NCBI GenBank assembly: GCA_038134595.1 | Contig: JAYPVM010000003.1 | Span: 127,629 to 191,628 of the forward strand | Reading direction: 5' to 3' | Length of the DNA: 64,000 nt | DNA from: Pseudomonadota bacterium | GTDB taxonomy: Bacteria > Bdellovibrionota_C > UBA2361 > OMII01 | Shown here: one piece after another, positions 20,692-30,588 of the stretch | Position numbering within the stretch: the first letter of the stretch is position 1 | How the letters are laid out: each line of letters opens with the position of its first letter | Notes under the pieces: model-generated | Seen by the model: only the letters and a program-made list of their open reading frames with translations | The model's database searches: none | Told to the model about the DNA's origin: nothing | Position numbers and translations under genes: made by a program

Positions 20692-21180
20692 CTATCTTGT
20701 GCCCAAACTCTTTAGAAGTCTTAGCGATATCGAGTCTTGTTGATTTGATCCCCAAGATACTCGAACGGTGATTTGTTTCATCGTTGTTTCTTCGACCTCG
20801 GGCAACGGCAAAATCCAGTCCTCGATTTGTAGCTCTGCTACGATATCCTTAAGAGGATTAGGAGTATCGGTTTCTCGATCGAGCGGTATGTCAAGTTGCG
20901 CCATTAAGTCGCTAGCAGGTTGTTGGCTCTGACTGGCAAGATCAAATTCGTCGTCGGGTATTGATTCTATCGAGGCCATGATTCTTCTTGCTGCCAACAG
21001 CGCCTGTTGCGCTGAGGTATCTCGAATTGTTCTTTTAATGGCGGCACTTTGCATTCCAATAAGAATTGACCCGGCCGCTGCAAGTAGTGCCAAGGCAATC
21101 ATTACCTCAAGAAAAGTAAACCCTGACTCCCGAGTTCTCGGTTTGAAGTTTTTTATGTGTCTGTCTTTCCAAGTGTCCAC
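20692..21180 (-). CDS. gspI: T2SS minor pseudopilin GspI
   Basis: GFTFLEVMIALA; ITVRVSW; start placed at GTG 21180 behind AAGGA. Confidence 0.78.
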   Translation of the reverse strand: MDTWKDRHIKNFKPRTRESGFTFLEVMIALALLAAAGSILIGMQSAAIKRTIRDTSAQQALLAARRIMASIESIPDDEFDLASQSQQPASDLMAQLDIPLDRETDTPNPLKDIVAELQIEDWILPLPEVEETTMKQITVRVSWGSNQQDSISLRLLKSLGTR

Positions 21181-21800
21181 GTGAGTTCCTTGTATCCTTG
21201 AAATATCTCCGCTAGGCCCGTCCACGGATTTGATAGAATCGTCGTAACGATTTTCTTCCGATTGCCAAGGTGCACAACTCCGAATTCGGAAAATCCCCTC
21301 GGAGAAAACAATAGATATGGTTTTTGCTCGTCGCCTTCATCGCGAGTATGTTTGCCTCGTGGTGTCACGATATCGAGAAAAACCATCGAGCTCGGGAGTG
21401 TCGTTGGTTTTGCGAGAGAAGGAATGCTAGGTGGTGGAATCATCGTGGCACTACTTCCAATACTCGGACTGAGCAAGGCGGCGAGTTCAAGCTCTAGGGG
21501 AGGGAGGTTTGCTCCACAGGTGCTGTTTGAGACAATATCGTCCGGGTTCATGACACCAACCCGATAAGAATTCGCTTCTAGATCAAATTCGAGCCGATAA
21601 AAGGCCTGGTCCATCACCGCCTGATTGTTTAACAAGACAAGTGTCTCCGATAGCCTCCGGAGTGCAGTTTGCTCCTTCCAGCTATCGAGACCACCCAAAC
21701 GAACACTTACCAAACCCAAAGCCAGCGCCATAATCGTTATGACAAGCACTAATTCAATGAGCGTAAAGCCACGTTGTCTGTTCTGACCAGTTGTTAGCAT
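21153..21800 (-). CDS. gspH: T2SS minor pseudopilin GspH
   Basis: GFTLIELVLV; FSPRG; NPWTG; cluster order. Confidence 0.78.
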   Translation of the reverse strand: MLTTGQNRQRGFTLIELVLVITIMALALGLVSVRLGGLDSWKEQTALRRLSETLVLLNNQAVMDQAFYRLEFDLEANSYRVGVMNPDDIVSNSTCGANLPPLELELAALLSPSIGSSATMIPPPSIPSLAKPTTLPSSMVFLDIVTPRGKHTRDEGDEQKPYLLFSPRGFSEFGVVHLGNRKKIVTTILSNPWTGLAEIFQGYKELTWTLGKTDT

Positions 21801-21836
21801 TGAATGGGAGCCTCTTTTCCGGCTTACCGATAAAAA

Positions 21837-22256
21837 TTATGGGCCGGTAACGACAATATCCGCGCTACCACCAGTGCCCCCGTCTTTTCCGTCGGCACCG
21901 AGGGATTTCAACTCATAGGAGCGTCCTCCGTTGGTCACGCGGTATGAAACATCTCTTCCCCAAGCATCCGTTGCATCTGTGACATCTGCCGCTGCTAGAT
22001 TGCTCGGAAGAGAGTTGTTTGCCAGTTGATACATGTTGATATCACCCTGCATTTGATTCATTTTTGTACGGGATAGTTGCGCTTTGGCTTTGTCACCAGC
22101 GGAGAACACTCGTCCTGTAACAAACGAGCCAATTATTCCTACCAACATGAGTACAACGATTATCTCGATAAGCGTTAATCCCAGTTCGTTTGCGGAGCGT
22201 AAGGGCCGTTTAGATAGTTTTTTGCGAGGGTCAACAAGATTGATAATAGTGTCCAT
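21837..22256 (-). CDS. gspG: T2SS major pseudopilin GspG (short form)
   Basis: GLTLIEI; DAWG; YELKSLGADGKDGGTG..ADI calcium-loop motif. Confidence 0.88.
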   Translation of the reverse strand: MDTIINLVDPRKKLSKRPLRSANELGLTLIEIIVVLMLVGIIGSFVTGRVFSAGDKAKAQLSRTKMNQMQGDINMYQLANNSLPSNLAAADVTDATDAWGRDVSYRVTNGGRSYELKSLGADGKDGGTGGSADIVVTGP

Positions 22257-22367
22257 CGAAATATCCTACTAAGTATATTCTAAAACTAATTTAACAAGGT
22301 GTGATAGTAACCTATACTCTCTATCCTACGGTATCTGGAGAGGAGAAGAAACTAGGATTTTACCCAG

Positions 22368-23591
22368 TTACTGCACAATCTGCATAAGCTCTACCATTGG
22401 TAGGAGCACCGCTATTACGATAGAGAAGACGATTGCACCGAGAAACATAATCATAAGCGGCTCGAGGAGGGTTGTTAGCCCTGAAATCGAAGAATTTGCC
22501 TCATACGAAAAGGTTTTCCCAGCTTTTTGAAGCATAGGTTCCAGGTTGCCACTTTTTTCTCCGATTGCGATCATCTGGGTTAGTAAATCAGGAAAATAAC
22601 CGGACTTTGATAGTTCTCGAGCAAGGCTTTTACCTTCCTTTACTCCCTCTCTTGCCTCCTCAAGAGCTTGGCGCATATGGACGTTTCCTATGATGTTTTT
22701 GACGATATCCAAAGCCGCGAGTAGTTGAACGCCCCCATTAAGCAGTGTAGCAAGCGTAGAGGCAATCCTCGCCGTTGTTACCTTGCGATTGATACTCCCG
22801 TATATCGGTAGCTTTAGGAAGGTCTTATCAAACCAAGCTCGACCTGCAGTGCTCTGATAGGTGCGGCGGATGTAGAATGCAAATCCAAATACACTTATTA
22901 TTATCAGCCACCAGTACCCCAATAGAAAATCGGAAAAAGCGATGATAATTTGCGTTGGAATTGGCAAGCTAATGTTTTGCTTTATGAATATCTCTACGAT
23001 GTTTGGCACAACAAGGGCTACAAGGAGTATTACAACTGCAATACAGAAGACAAACATGAGAATGGGATACATTAGTGCATTTGTCACTCTGCGCTTAAGT
23101 TCCAACTGAGCCTCGTAGTAATCTGCAAGGTTTGTTAATGAGGTGTCTAGCGCACCGGAGGCTTCACCGGATGCCACCATATTTACATACAGCCTGGGAA
23201 ATACCTTGGGATAACCACCCATAGCTTTGGCAAGAGAGGACCCTTGTTCTACTTTCTCCTTGATGTCGACAATTATCCGCTTAAAGTGCGGTGCCGTCTC
23301 TTGCTCGGAAAGTGAAAGGAGAGCAGGAATAAGAGGAAGCCCTGCATTGGATAAGGTTGCCAGTAACCTCGTCGCCACGGTAAGCTGTTTAATCGAAATT
23401 CGTTCTCCAATCAAAAGTTGCTTGACATCTCGACTTTTGGCCCCAGCGGCTTTAAGAGACTCTTTGATGTCGGTTGGAAAGATATTTTTGCCACGAAGCT
23501 TTTGTCGCGCTGAGCGAATAGTGTCGGCTTCAATAGAACCCTTGATTTTTTTGCCCGAGCTCTGTAACGCTGTGTACTCATATACTGGCAT
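22368..23591 (-). CDS. gspF: T2SS inner-membrane platform protein GspF
   Basis: Two GspF domains (MVASGEASGAL, MIAIGEKSGNL), LMYP, LLEP. Confidence 0.94.
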   Translation of the reverse strand: MPVYEYTALQSSGKKIKGSIEADTIRSARQKLRGKNIFPTDIKESLKAAGAKSRDVKQLLIGERISIKQLTVATRLLATLSNAGLPLIPALLSLSEQETAPHFKRIIVDIKEKVEQGSSLAKAMGGYPKVFPRLYVNMVASGEASGALDTSLTNLADYYEAQLELKRRVTNALMYPILMFVFCIAVVILLVALVVPNIVEIFIKQNISLPIPTQIIIAFSDFLLGYWWLIIISVFGFAFYIRRTYQSTAGRAWFDKTFLKLPIYGSINRKVTTARIASTLATLLNGGVQLLAALDIVKNIIGNVHMRQALEEAREGVKEGKSLARELSKSGYFPDLLTQMIAIGEKSGNLEPMLQKAGKTFSYEANSSISGLTTLLEPLMIMFLGAIVFSIVIAVLLPMVELMQIVQ

Positions 23592-23605
23592 GCGTATTTA
23601 TTCCT

Positions 23606-25231
23606 TTACGTAGAATCGTCATGACTAGCTAGCAACACCTCTTCGACAGAAGTGAGTCCCGCAAGGACCTTTCGACCTCCATCTGCACGGAGCGTACAAA
23701 AGCCCCGTTTGATAGCCGTATTTTTTATCGAGTTTGAATCTACTCTCTGTAGTATCTGACCTCTTAGCTCATCATCGATGAGTAGTAATTCATGGATTCC
23801 AAGCCGACCGGAGTATCCACTACCCTGGCATTTAGTACAGGAGGGCTGCGAGCCAGGGCGAAAGGCAGCTCTATTAGATATGTGAGCTGGGTTTAGGCTT
23901 AATTCTCGAAGCTCTTCATCGGATATCTGGTAGGGAACCTTACATGATGGACACAACTTTCTGACAAGCCGCTGGGCCAGTACAGCTAAGAGACTCGAGG
24001 ACACGAGAAAGGGCTCCACTCCCATATCAAGAAGTCTGCTTACCGCTCCTGCTGAATCATTGGTGTGAAGCGTTGAGAGCACAAGGTGGCCGGTCAGAGA
24101 CGCTTGTATGGCAATTTCTGCAGTCTCGGTATCTCGAATTTCTCCAACCATTACGACATCAGGGTCTTGTCGCAGAATTGCGCGTAGTCCACTTGCAAAA
24201 GTGAAATCGATTTTTGGATTGACCTGCATTTGACCAATGCCGTCGAGCTGATATTCGATCGGATCCTCAACGGTCAAAATGTTAAGATCTGGTTTGTTTA
24301 TATTTGTAAGACAGGCATACAGGGTAGTGGTTTTACCAGACCCTGTTGGGCCAGTTACTAAGATAATTCCATTTGGTTTAGCCAGTAATTTGGTGACGTG
24401 ACTAAGAATACTTTCTTCCACACCTAGTTGCGCGATATCGAGCACCGCTCCAGCCTTGTCGAGAAGGCGCATCACAATTCGTTCTCCGAACTGTGTGGGT
24501 ACCGTAGATACACGTATGTCAACGTCTTTTCCTGCGATTTTAAGACCTATTCTACCGTCCTGGGGGAGTCTTTTTTCAGCTATGTTAAGGCCCGCCATGA
24601 TCTTAACGCGAGATATAATTGCGGCCTGAAAACCTTTTTCTTCACTGGCAACGTCGTATAAGACTCCGTCAACACGAAAGCGTACTTTAAGTTTGTCTTC
24701 ATAGGGTTCAATGTGAACATCAGAGGCTCTTTCCGAATTCGCTTTAAAGATTATCGCGTTTACGTACCGAATAATCGGTGCATCATCGTCGTCAGAGTCA
24801 GTTACATCAATCTTAAGCTGCTGAGAGATGTCGTCGCTTTCCCCTGACTCTTCTGAATTCGATAGATTGTTAGACTTATCGCTCATAAGGCTCGTGCGAA
24901 TAGAGTTAATCGCAGAGGTAATTTGGTCCGGTGTGCTCACTATAAGCTGGATTGGCCGATTATAGCAGACCTGTATCTGTTCGAGCGCCTCACTATTTAG
25001 GGGATCTGCTGTAGCGATGACGACGTGTTTTTCGTTTCCATCAATTGGTACGAGAAGCACTTGGCGGCCCCATGATCCGGCGATACGGTCAAAGTCCCCT
25101 CTGTGAAGGTTTCGCGGTGGTTGGGGAGTAGGTAATTGTTCGACAAACGGGAGATTGAGCGTCTGCGCGAGTAATTTTAACTCATTTGGAGCGCCTTGAG
25201 ACATCGTCGCTTTGGAGGATGCGAAGTTCAT
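23606..25231 (-). CDS. gspE: T2SS ATPase GspE
   Basis: ASDVHIEP, RLPQDGR, GPTGSGKTTT, LRQDPDVVMVGEIRD, CxxC..CxxC. Confidence 0.95.
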   Translation of the reverse strand: MNFASSKATMSQGAPNELKLLAQTLNLPFVEQLPTPQPPRNLHRGDFDRIAGSWGRQVLLVPIDGNEKHVVIATADPLNSEALEQIQVCYNRPIQLIVSTPDQITSAINSIRTSLMSDKSNNLSNSEESGESDDISQQLKIDVTDSDDDDAPIIRYVNAIIFKANSERASDVHIEPYEDKLKVRFRVDGVLYDVASEEKGFQAAIISRVKIMAGLNIAEKRLPQDGRIGLKIAGKDVDIRVSTVPTQFGERIVMRLLDKAGAVLDIAQLGVEESILSHVTKLLAKPNGIILVTGPTGSGKTTTLYACLTNINKPDLNILTVEDPIEYQLDGIGQMQVNPKIDFTFASGLRAILRQDPDVVMVGEIRDTETAEIAIQASLTGHLVLSTLHTNDSAGAVSRLLDMGVEPFLVSSSLLAVLAQRLVRKLCPSCKVPYQISDEELRELSLNPAHISNRAAFRPGSQPSCTKCQGSGYSGRLGIHELLLIDDELRGQILQRVDSNSIKNTAIKRGFCTLRADGGRKVLAGLTSVEEVLLASHDDST

Positions 25232-25233
25232 TG

Positions 25234-27975
25234 TTAATGCCCACCTAATTTAATCCACGGGCCACGACCCAAATTCTTGGCCGCGGCTTTTGTGATAGTA
25301 TGCCACGTTGTCGACACTTCGGGAAACTCGACCTCTGCGTCATTCGGAGATGAGAAAACCCGTTGTACCCGAAAAGTGGCGTGACCCGATCCGCTTCGAT
25401 ATCGATAGAGTCTATCAGCACTAAAGAAACGTTTCGTTAAGAGAGAGCTATTTTTGGGGACGATCAGTCCGACCCTTTTGCCTAAAGCTGACACAGGGAA
25501 GGGAAGGGAGACCCTCCCCTGCACTTGAGTTTGCTCTAGGACAATAAATTGAGCACCTAAGACTTGTGTGGGTGCTTCAGGGACGGACTTTAGCGAGGCC
25601 CGGACCTCATTAGAGCCGTAGGACAGGGGGGATTTCTCGATATCTATTGGAGCTCGGTGAGAGGTTTTATTTAGATCAAGGATTCCTGTTCCAGAGCCAT
25701 CTAAGATGATAGTTGTGTTTTCCTTGGCAGGTATATGGGGATCAATCCCACTCCTAGCTGCCTTGGACGAAGGCAATATTGTGCCTGGTTTAGGTCCATC
25801 GTAGTTTTGTGTCTCTGCAACTTCATTTATCCTGTCATTTAGGAGAGTTTTGTCCCGTCGCGGAAGAACGTTATACCCAGCGATCACGTCTCGCATTTTA
25901 TCGGTGCTCTCAATAGTTGAATCCCGTGCGTCGAATTGATCTTTTATTATTCTTGGAGTTAGAAAGATTAATAAGTTTTTCTGAGCTCTGGCTCTGGAGT
26001 TACTCTTAAATGCATGACCTAAGACGGGTATGTCTTTTAAATACGGGACGCCTTCGTCTGTTTCTGACACGTCGTCCGCTATCAGTCCTCCCGTAACTAT
26101 CATCTGACCGTCTTTTGCGATAATCGTTGTTTCGCTCTGTCGCTTTGTGGTCGTTGGGCCCAAAGCTGAATTAACGGTCGAAAGCACAAGAGCCGATACC
26201 TCTGTATAAACCCGAAGCGTAACGTAATCTCGGGAGCTTATTTGTGGTGTAATGCGGAGAGTGATACCCACATCCTGTCGGTTAACTTGGTTGAAGGTGT
26301 TGTTGAGATTGGTGGCATTTGTTGAGGTGCTTGCCAGAAACGGGACATTCTGGCCTACAACAATTTGAGCCTCCTCGTTGTCGGTTGCCAGAATCGTTGG
26401 CGCGCTTAAAACGTTAACATTGTTGTTCTGTTGAGCGGCACTTACCAATATAGATTGAGATGGTACGGTAATGCCTCCGGGAAGACTTAGTGAGCCGGCA
26501 CTCGCTGCAGCTAAGGTAAGACCTTGTAAGTTTTGGGGCTCTGAAAATAATCGAGTTAGTCCATTCTCAGTGCTGAAGTCACTGCGGGCAATCGCGCCCC
26601 CATCTGCACCCCCTGTTGATGTTAAAAAGCTTGTGTTAGACCTAATGCGATTATCTATGGAAACTTCCAGTAGGGTCGCTTCCACCAATGCTTGTCGGCG
26701 CTTTACGTCGATTTGAGAGAGAAGGGCGCGGATTTTTTCAAAATCCGGCTTGCTCGCGGCGATTATCAAGGAGTTTGTGGCTGGATCGGCGGTGATCGAT
26801 ATGTTTTCTCCTAGTTGTGTTGAAGTAGGCGAAGAGCTGTTTGTCTTTCTTGAAGTGGTATTTTGTTGTGACGAATCAGCTCGTTGGCTAGAGGAGTCAA
26901 AGATCGAGCTTGTTGGAGATGAGGCACCGCTAGTGCCTCCTGTGCTCGCCCCGCCACCTACAAGCCCTGCAAGCACCTGGGAGAGTTCCTCTGCATTTGC
27001 ATGTTGACACCGGTAGACGTAGAACTTGTTGCCGGATAAATCGACCCTGCTATCGAGCTGAGAAACGAGTGCTCGTATACGAGCCGTCGTTTCATCGTCA
27101 GCAATGATAATAAGAGAGTTGGTCCGCTGATCTGGGATTATTTTTGGTTCTAGGCCACGTGCGGCCACGGTTTGTGAAACTAATGCCGAAGAGTTCGCAT
27201 TGCTGTTCTTTGCTCGCTTTCTTGAGTCCTGAGTTCTCAGGCTCGCTCTTGTCGCTTGAGGAAGGGCTTCTGTTCCTTCGTTTGAATTGCCCATGATCTC
27301 ATTTAATTTCTGCGAAATGTCCTCAACGTCAGCGTGCTTGATAGGGATTATAGTCATCTCTCGGTTTGAGAAAGGAACGTCTAGCTGATCGATGATCCTC
27401 ATGAGGCGCTCTATATTGTCCTCGGCATCGATGATTATCAGTGAGTTGGTGCCTGTATACGCATTGATTAATCCGTCACCCGAAACAAGCTGCGAGACTA
27501 TCTGCTGGACGTCTTGTGCGTTTACATATTTTAGAGAAACAAGGCGAGTGACCACCGACGAGCTTGGATTCTCAATGCGTGCTCCTGTCCGCGTCGGAAT
27601 GGTTGATTGCCGCGCTTCTTTTGCAGGAACGATTTTCCACAGGTTGTCGCTTATCGGAACGGTGCTGAACCCCTTTAAAGCGAGAACTGAATCAAGTATG
27701 CGAAGAGCTTCGTCTGATGAAACTTTGCCCGGCAGGTATATAGATACTTTGCCGCGGACTTTTTCATCGAGAATATAATTTCTTTTTGTCTTGCGAGAGA
27801 AGATCCTAACGATTGCCGCTATGTCTGCGTTTTTTACATTGATCTCTGTGGATGCATCTTTAGTAATCTCTTCTGCGCTTGATTGGGCGACGCTTTCTGT
27901 TATCTGGCTCGTGCACAGAGTAAGAATTAGCAAGATCGACATGTATAACCTGCAAGGGGTCTTGGAATATTTCAT
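25234..27975 (-). CDS. gspD: T2SS secretin GspD with long C-terminal extension
   Basis: N0-N3 domains (TNSLII repeats), secretin core (VP.LKDIPVLG..F, LLIFLTPRII). Confidence 0.94.
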   Translation of the reverse strand: MKYSKTPCRLYMSILLILTLCTSQITESVAQSSAEEITKDASTEINVKNADIAAIVRIFSRKTKRNYILDEKVRGKVSIYLPGKVSSDEALRILDSVLALKGFSTVPISDNLWKIVPAKEARQSTIPTRTGARIENPSSSVVTRLVSLKYVNAQDVQQIVSQLVSGDGLINAYTGTNSLIIIDAEDNIERLMRIIDQLDVPFSNREMTIIPIKHADVEDISQKLNEIMGNSNEGTEALPQATRASLRTQDSRKRAKNSNANSSALVSQTVAARGLEPKIIPDQRTNSLIIIADDETTARIRALVSQLDSRVDLSGNKFYVYRCQHANAEELSQVLAGLVGGGASTGGTSGASSPTSSIFDSSSQRADSSQQNTTSRKTNSSSPTSTQLGENISITADPATNSLIIAASKPDFEKIRALLSQIDVKRRQALVEATLLEVSIDNRIRSNTSFLTSTGGADGGAIARSDFSTENGLTRLFSEPQNLQGLTLAAASAGSLSLPGGITVPSQSILVSAAQQNNNVNVLSAPTILATDNEEAQIVVGQNVPFLASTSTNATNLNNTFNQVNRQDVGITLRITPQISSRDYVTLRVYTEVSALVLSTVNSALGPTTTKRQSETTIIAKDGQMIVTGGLIADDVSETDEGVPYLKDIPVLGHAFKSNSRARAQKNLLIFLTPRIIKDQFDARDSTIESTDKMRDVIAGYNVLPRRDKTLLNDRINEVAETQNYDGPKPGTILPSSKAARSGIDPHIPAKENTTIILDGSGTGILDLNKTSHRAPIDIEKSPLSYGSNEVRASLKSVPEAPTQVLGAQFIVLEQTQVQGRVSLPFPVSALGKRVGLIVPKNSSLLTKRFFSADRLYRYRSGSGHATFRVQRVFSSPNDAEVEFPEVSTTWHTITKAAAKNLGRGPWIKLGGH

Positions 27976-27979
27976 AACG

Positions 27980-28897
27980 CTACCTTATAGTGTATCTAAA
28001 TTCTCTATCCTTTTTCGTGCGCTCTAAAAGCAATGTGATGGACTTCTCTTCTTTAAGTTTCTCGAACAGTTTGATTGCTTGCGAGATATCTCCTAAGCTG
28101 TTTCCGTTTATGCTCTTTAAAATATCACCGTTACGTAGCCCAACTTTTTCGTAGAGGCTACCGGTCTTGATAGCGAAGAGTCGCAAGCCTATCGCCCGAC
28201 CATCTTTAAAATATGGAACCGCACGAGCCTGTGTCAGTAAAAGAGGTAGGTTTTCGAGTCCCTTATCGACGTCGGCTTCATCAATCACGAAGTCGTCTGA
28301 GTCATTTGTGGCGGCGTCGTCGCTGGCACTGCCAAGGGAATCATCGAGCATCAAAACCTCCAATTCACCGTTGTGCTCGATTTCGACCCTATCTTTGTAT
28401 ATCTTCTTTAAGGTCGCTTGTTCAAAGACGGAGTCCTCCAATAGGAACATCTCTTGCTCCCGCTTTTTCTTCTCCTCGATGATGGCGTAGGGCTCCTGTC
28501 CCGTAGTGATGAAAGTACCAATCAAAGTAAGCATGAGAGGGGATGGCTTGCGTGCGGGCTCTTGCTTAGCTGAAGGTTTGCTGGCGACATCTAACTTCCC
28601 GAACGGCTGGGCTGTAGAGAGGATGCTCCAGTCTTGAGAGCGGGTTGATCCACTGTTATCTGAAGAGGAGGACTGTAGTTTGGCGATACTAACGATTTGA
28701 GAATCGAGCTCGGCTTGTAGTGACGACTTGAGTAGATAGTCATTAGCGAGGACTACAACAGTAATCACCACGAACAACAGCGTCAGAAAGGACAACAGAA
28801 CGTGGGTGATTCTAACAACACGTGCAATGTTTTTTCGCCGCATGAAGCGCGAGAGGATGATGCTGTAGTCTAATGATTGCAGACTGTGAAGAGGCAT
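27980..28897 (-). CDS. gspC: T2SS protein GspC with PDZ domain
   Basis: TM, HR domain (LTLIGT..YAII), QARAVPYF, GLRNGDILKSING. Confidence 0.9.
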   Translation of the reverse strand: MPLHSLQSLDYSIILSRFMRRKNIARVVRITHVLLSFLTLLFVVITVVVLANDYLLKSSLQAELDSQIVSIAKLQSSSSDNSGSTRSQDWSILSTAQPFGKLDVASKPSAKQEPARKPSPLMLTLIGTFITTGQEPYAIIEEKKKREQEMFLLEDSVFEQATLKKIYKDRVEIEHNGELEVLMLDDSLGSASDDAATNDSDDFVIDEADVDKGLENLPLLLTQARAVPYFKDGRAIGLRLFAIKTGSLYEKVGLRNGDILKSINGNSLGDISQAIKLFEKLKEEKSITLLLERTKKDREFRYTIR

Positions 28898-29213
28898 TTA
28901 GATGGTAGCTCAAATACTTTGTTCTATTATCGAAGTAGCAATATGATACCCGGTTTGCAAGTATGGCAACAGATAACTAATTGAGAATGAACCAACAATT
29001 ATCTAGGTCGACAACGCTTTGCCGCAAATATTTAGATGAGGATAGCTTAAGTCCGGGTTGCTTGTTTTATTGTCGTTTGACTCTTGCCCCGCGGATGCGC
29101 ACTATTCAAAAAAATGGTCGCCTAAGGCCAGGGCTCTGGCTAAACTCTCAGCTCCGTTGATTGCCGGGGTGATTGTGGAGCTGCGCTATTGTAAGGTGCC
29201 AAAAGTATTAGGC

Positions 29214-30401
29214 TTATTTATTCGTGGCAATGAGTCTAGGGGGATTATCAATAGCTGTCAGAATCCATTTACCGGAATGTGCGATTTGAAGTACTCCGGC
29301 GTCGCTAAGTAGAACGTCGTTTGCTGAAAGGCAATTCCAATTCTTTTGGTCACTTGAGAGTCGAATGGAGCTAAAATGCACAGTCTCAAGATGGGGTAAT
29401 AGAGTGCGAGGTCGTAGGTCGAGGTCGGACGCCTCGTTTGGTAGGTGCGTTAATTCGATAGTGATATGCGGGGCAGGCTCTGAGCCACACGTTATTCGTT
29501 GAATTTTGGGCAGTTTTGAAGTTTCTTTCTCTGGAAATGTTACCGAGGACAGGCTCTTAGCGGAGTCAAGTTTCCGGGGTGGTAGTACATTGGAGCTGAC
29601 GTTGTCAGCTAACCGTTGGGGCACCAGGGGATTAGTGGGATTGTCGCCTTTAGACTGTTCTTGACGCCACGTCTGTTGAAAAATATCCTGCCTAGCTTTA
29701 ACGGCACGCTTGTTTCCGAGGCTTTGGTAGAATTTTATTATTTCTCGATCGTATTCTTGTAGCTCCGCCACTACTTGGGCGCGCTCCTTTTGCGCAGTCA
29801 TTGCAAGTGGAGAATTTGGATGTGCTTGGATAATTTCGTCGTACAATGTCAGGGCACGCTGCCAAGGGGTTCTATCTCTACCATCTGTCTTAGCGGCATG
29901 CATGTGGCTTCGAGCAGCCTGAAGCTTGGCGTATGATGCCTCGGGCGAGGTTGGATGATTTCGGAGGAAAGAATCGTAATGCATCGAAGCGTCTGCAAAC
30001 TCTCCGTTGTAATAAAATGTATCTGCGTATTTTAGTTCAGAAAACGTTGCATAGGGGCCAAGTGGGTACCGCTCCCTTAAAGAGTTAAGGGAATCTCTTG
30101 CCACGGTATACATTGAGGCCTGATAGAGCCGTTTGGAGAGCTGAGAAAGCTCGCTTTCCGGGGCTTCGGTCGAGAGTGCAGCGCTGTCGGACCGAAGCTC
30201 TACAGCGGGAGGCTCCGCTGCCTTGTCTGCCGCAGCGCCACATCCAAGGACGGCACCTGCAACCAAATAGCTTGTAAAGATTACGCGCGGAAGTCTACTG
30301 GCTGTTCTTGTTTTGAGCTCCTGGCGGATGAAGAGGGTGTGAGATATCTGATAGGTCATAAATACTATCGCACTCTTTAGGGCAGTGTTTAAGTTTATCA
30401 T
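29214..30401 (-). CDS. bamD: Outer membrane assembly lipoprotein BamD with C-terminal extension
   Basis: Lipobox VLGC; RYPLGPYA, F...HPTSP.A.YA, DGRDRT TPR pattern; true start probably downstream of 30401. Confidence 0.82.
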   Translation of the reverse strand: MINLNTALKSAIVFMTYQISHTLFIRQELKTRTASRLPRVIFTSYLVAGAVLGCGAAADKAAEPPAVELRSDSAALSTEAPESELSQLSKRLYQASMYTVARDSLNSLRERYPLGPYATFSELKYADTFYYNGEFADASMHYDSFLRNHPTSPEASYAKLQAARSHMHAAKTDGRDRTPWQRALTLYDEIIQAHPNSPLAMTAQKERAQVVAELQEYDREIIKFYQSLGNKRAVKARQDIFQQTWRQEQSKGDNPTNPLVPQRLADNVSSNVLPPRKLDSAKSLSSVTFPEKETSKLPKIQRITCGSEPAPHITIELTHLPNEASDLDLRPRTLLPHLETVHFSSIRLSSDQKNWNCLSANDVLLSDAGVLQIAHSGKWILTAIDNPPRLIATNK

Positions 30402-30588
30402 AGAGCCTGATTAAAAAAATATCTTTTGCCAGTACTTGCCGTGCACAGATAGTAGCGTGGATACTTCGACTGGGCAAATCAAGAAGTGCTAAGGAAGTAG
30501 ATAGCCCTAACGATTAGGTAGCACTAGGTAATTAAAGAGATAAGCGCAATAAATCTTTACTACGTGTTTTGAATAATTATGAGGTGAA

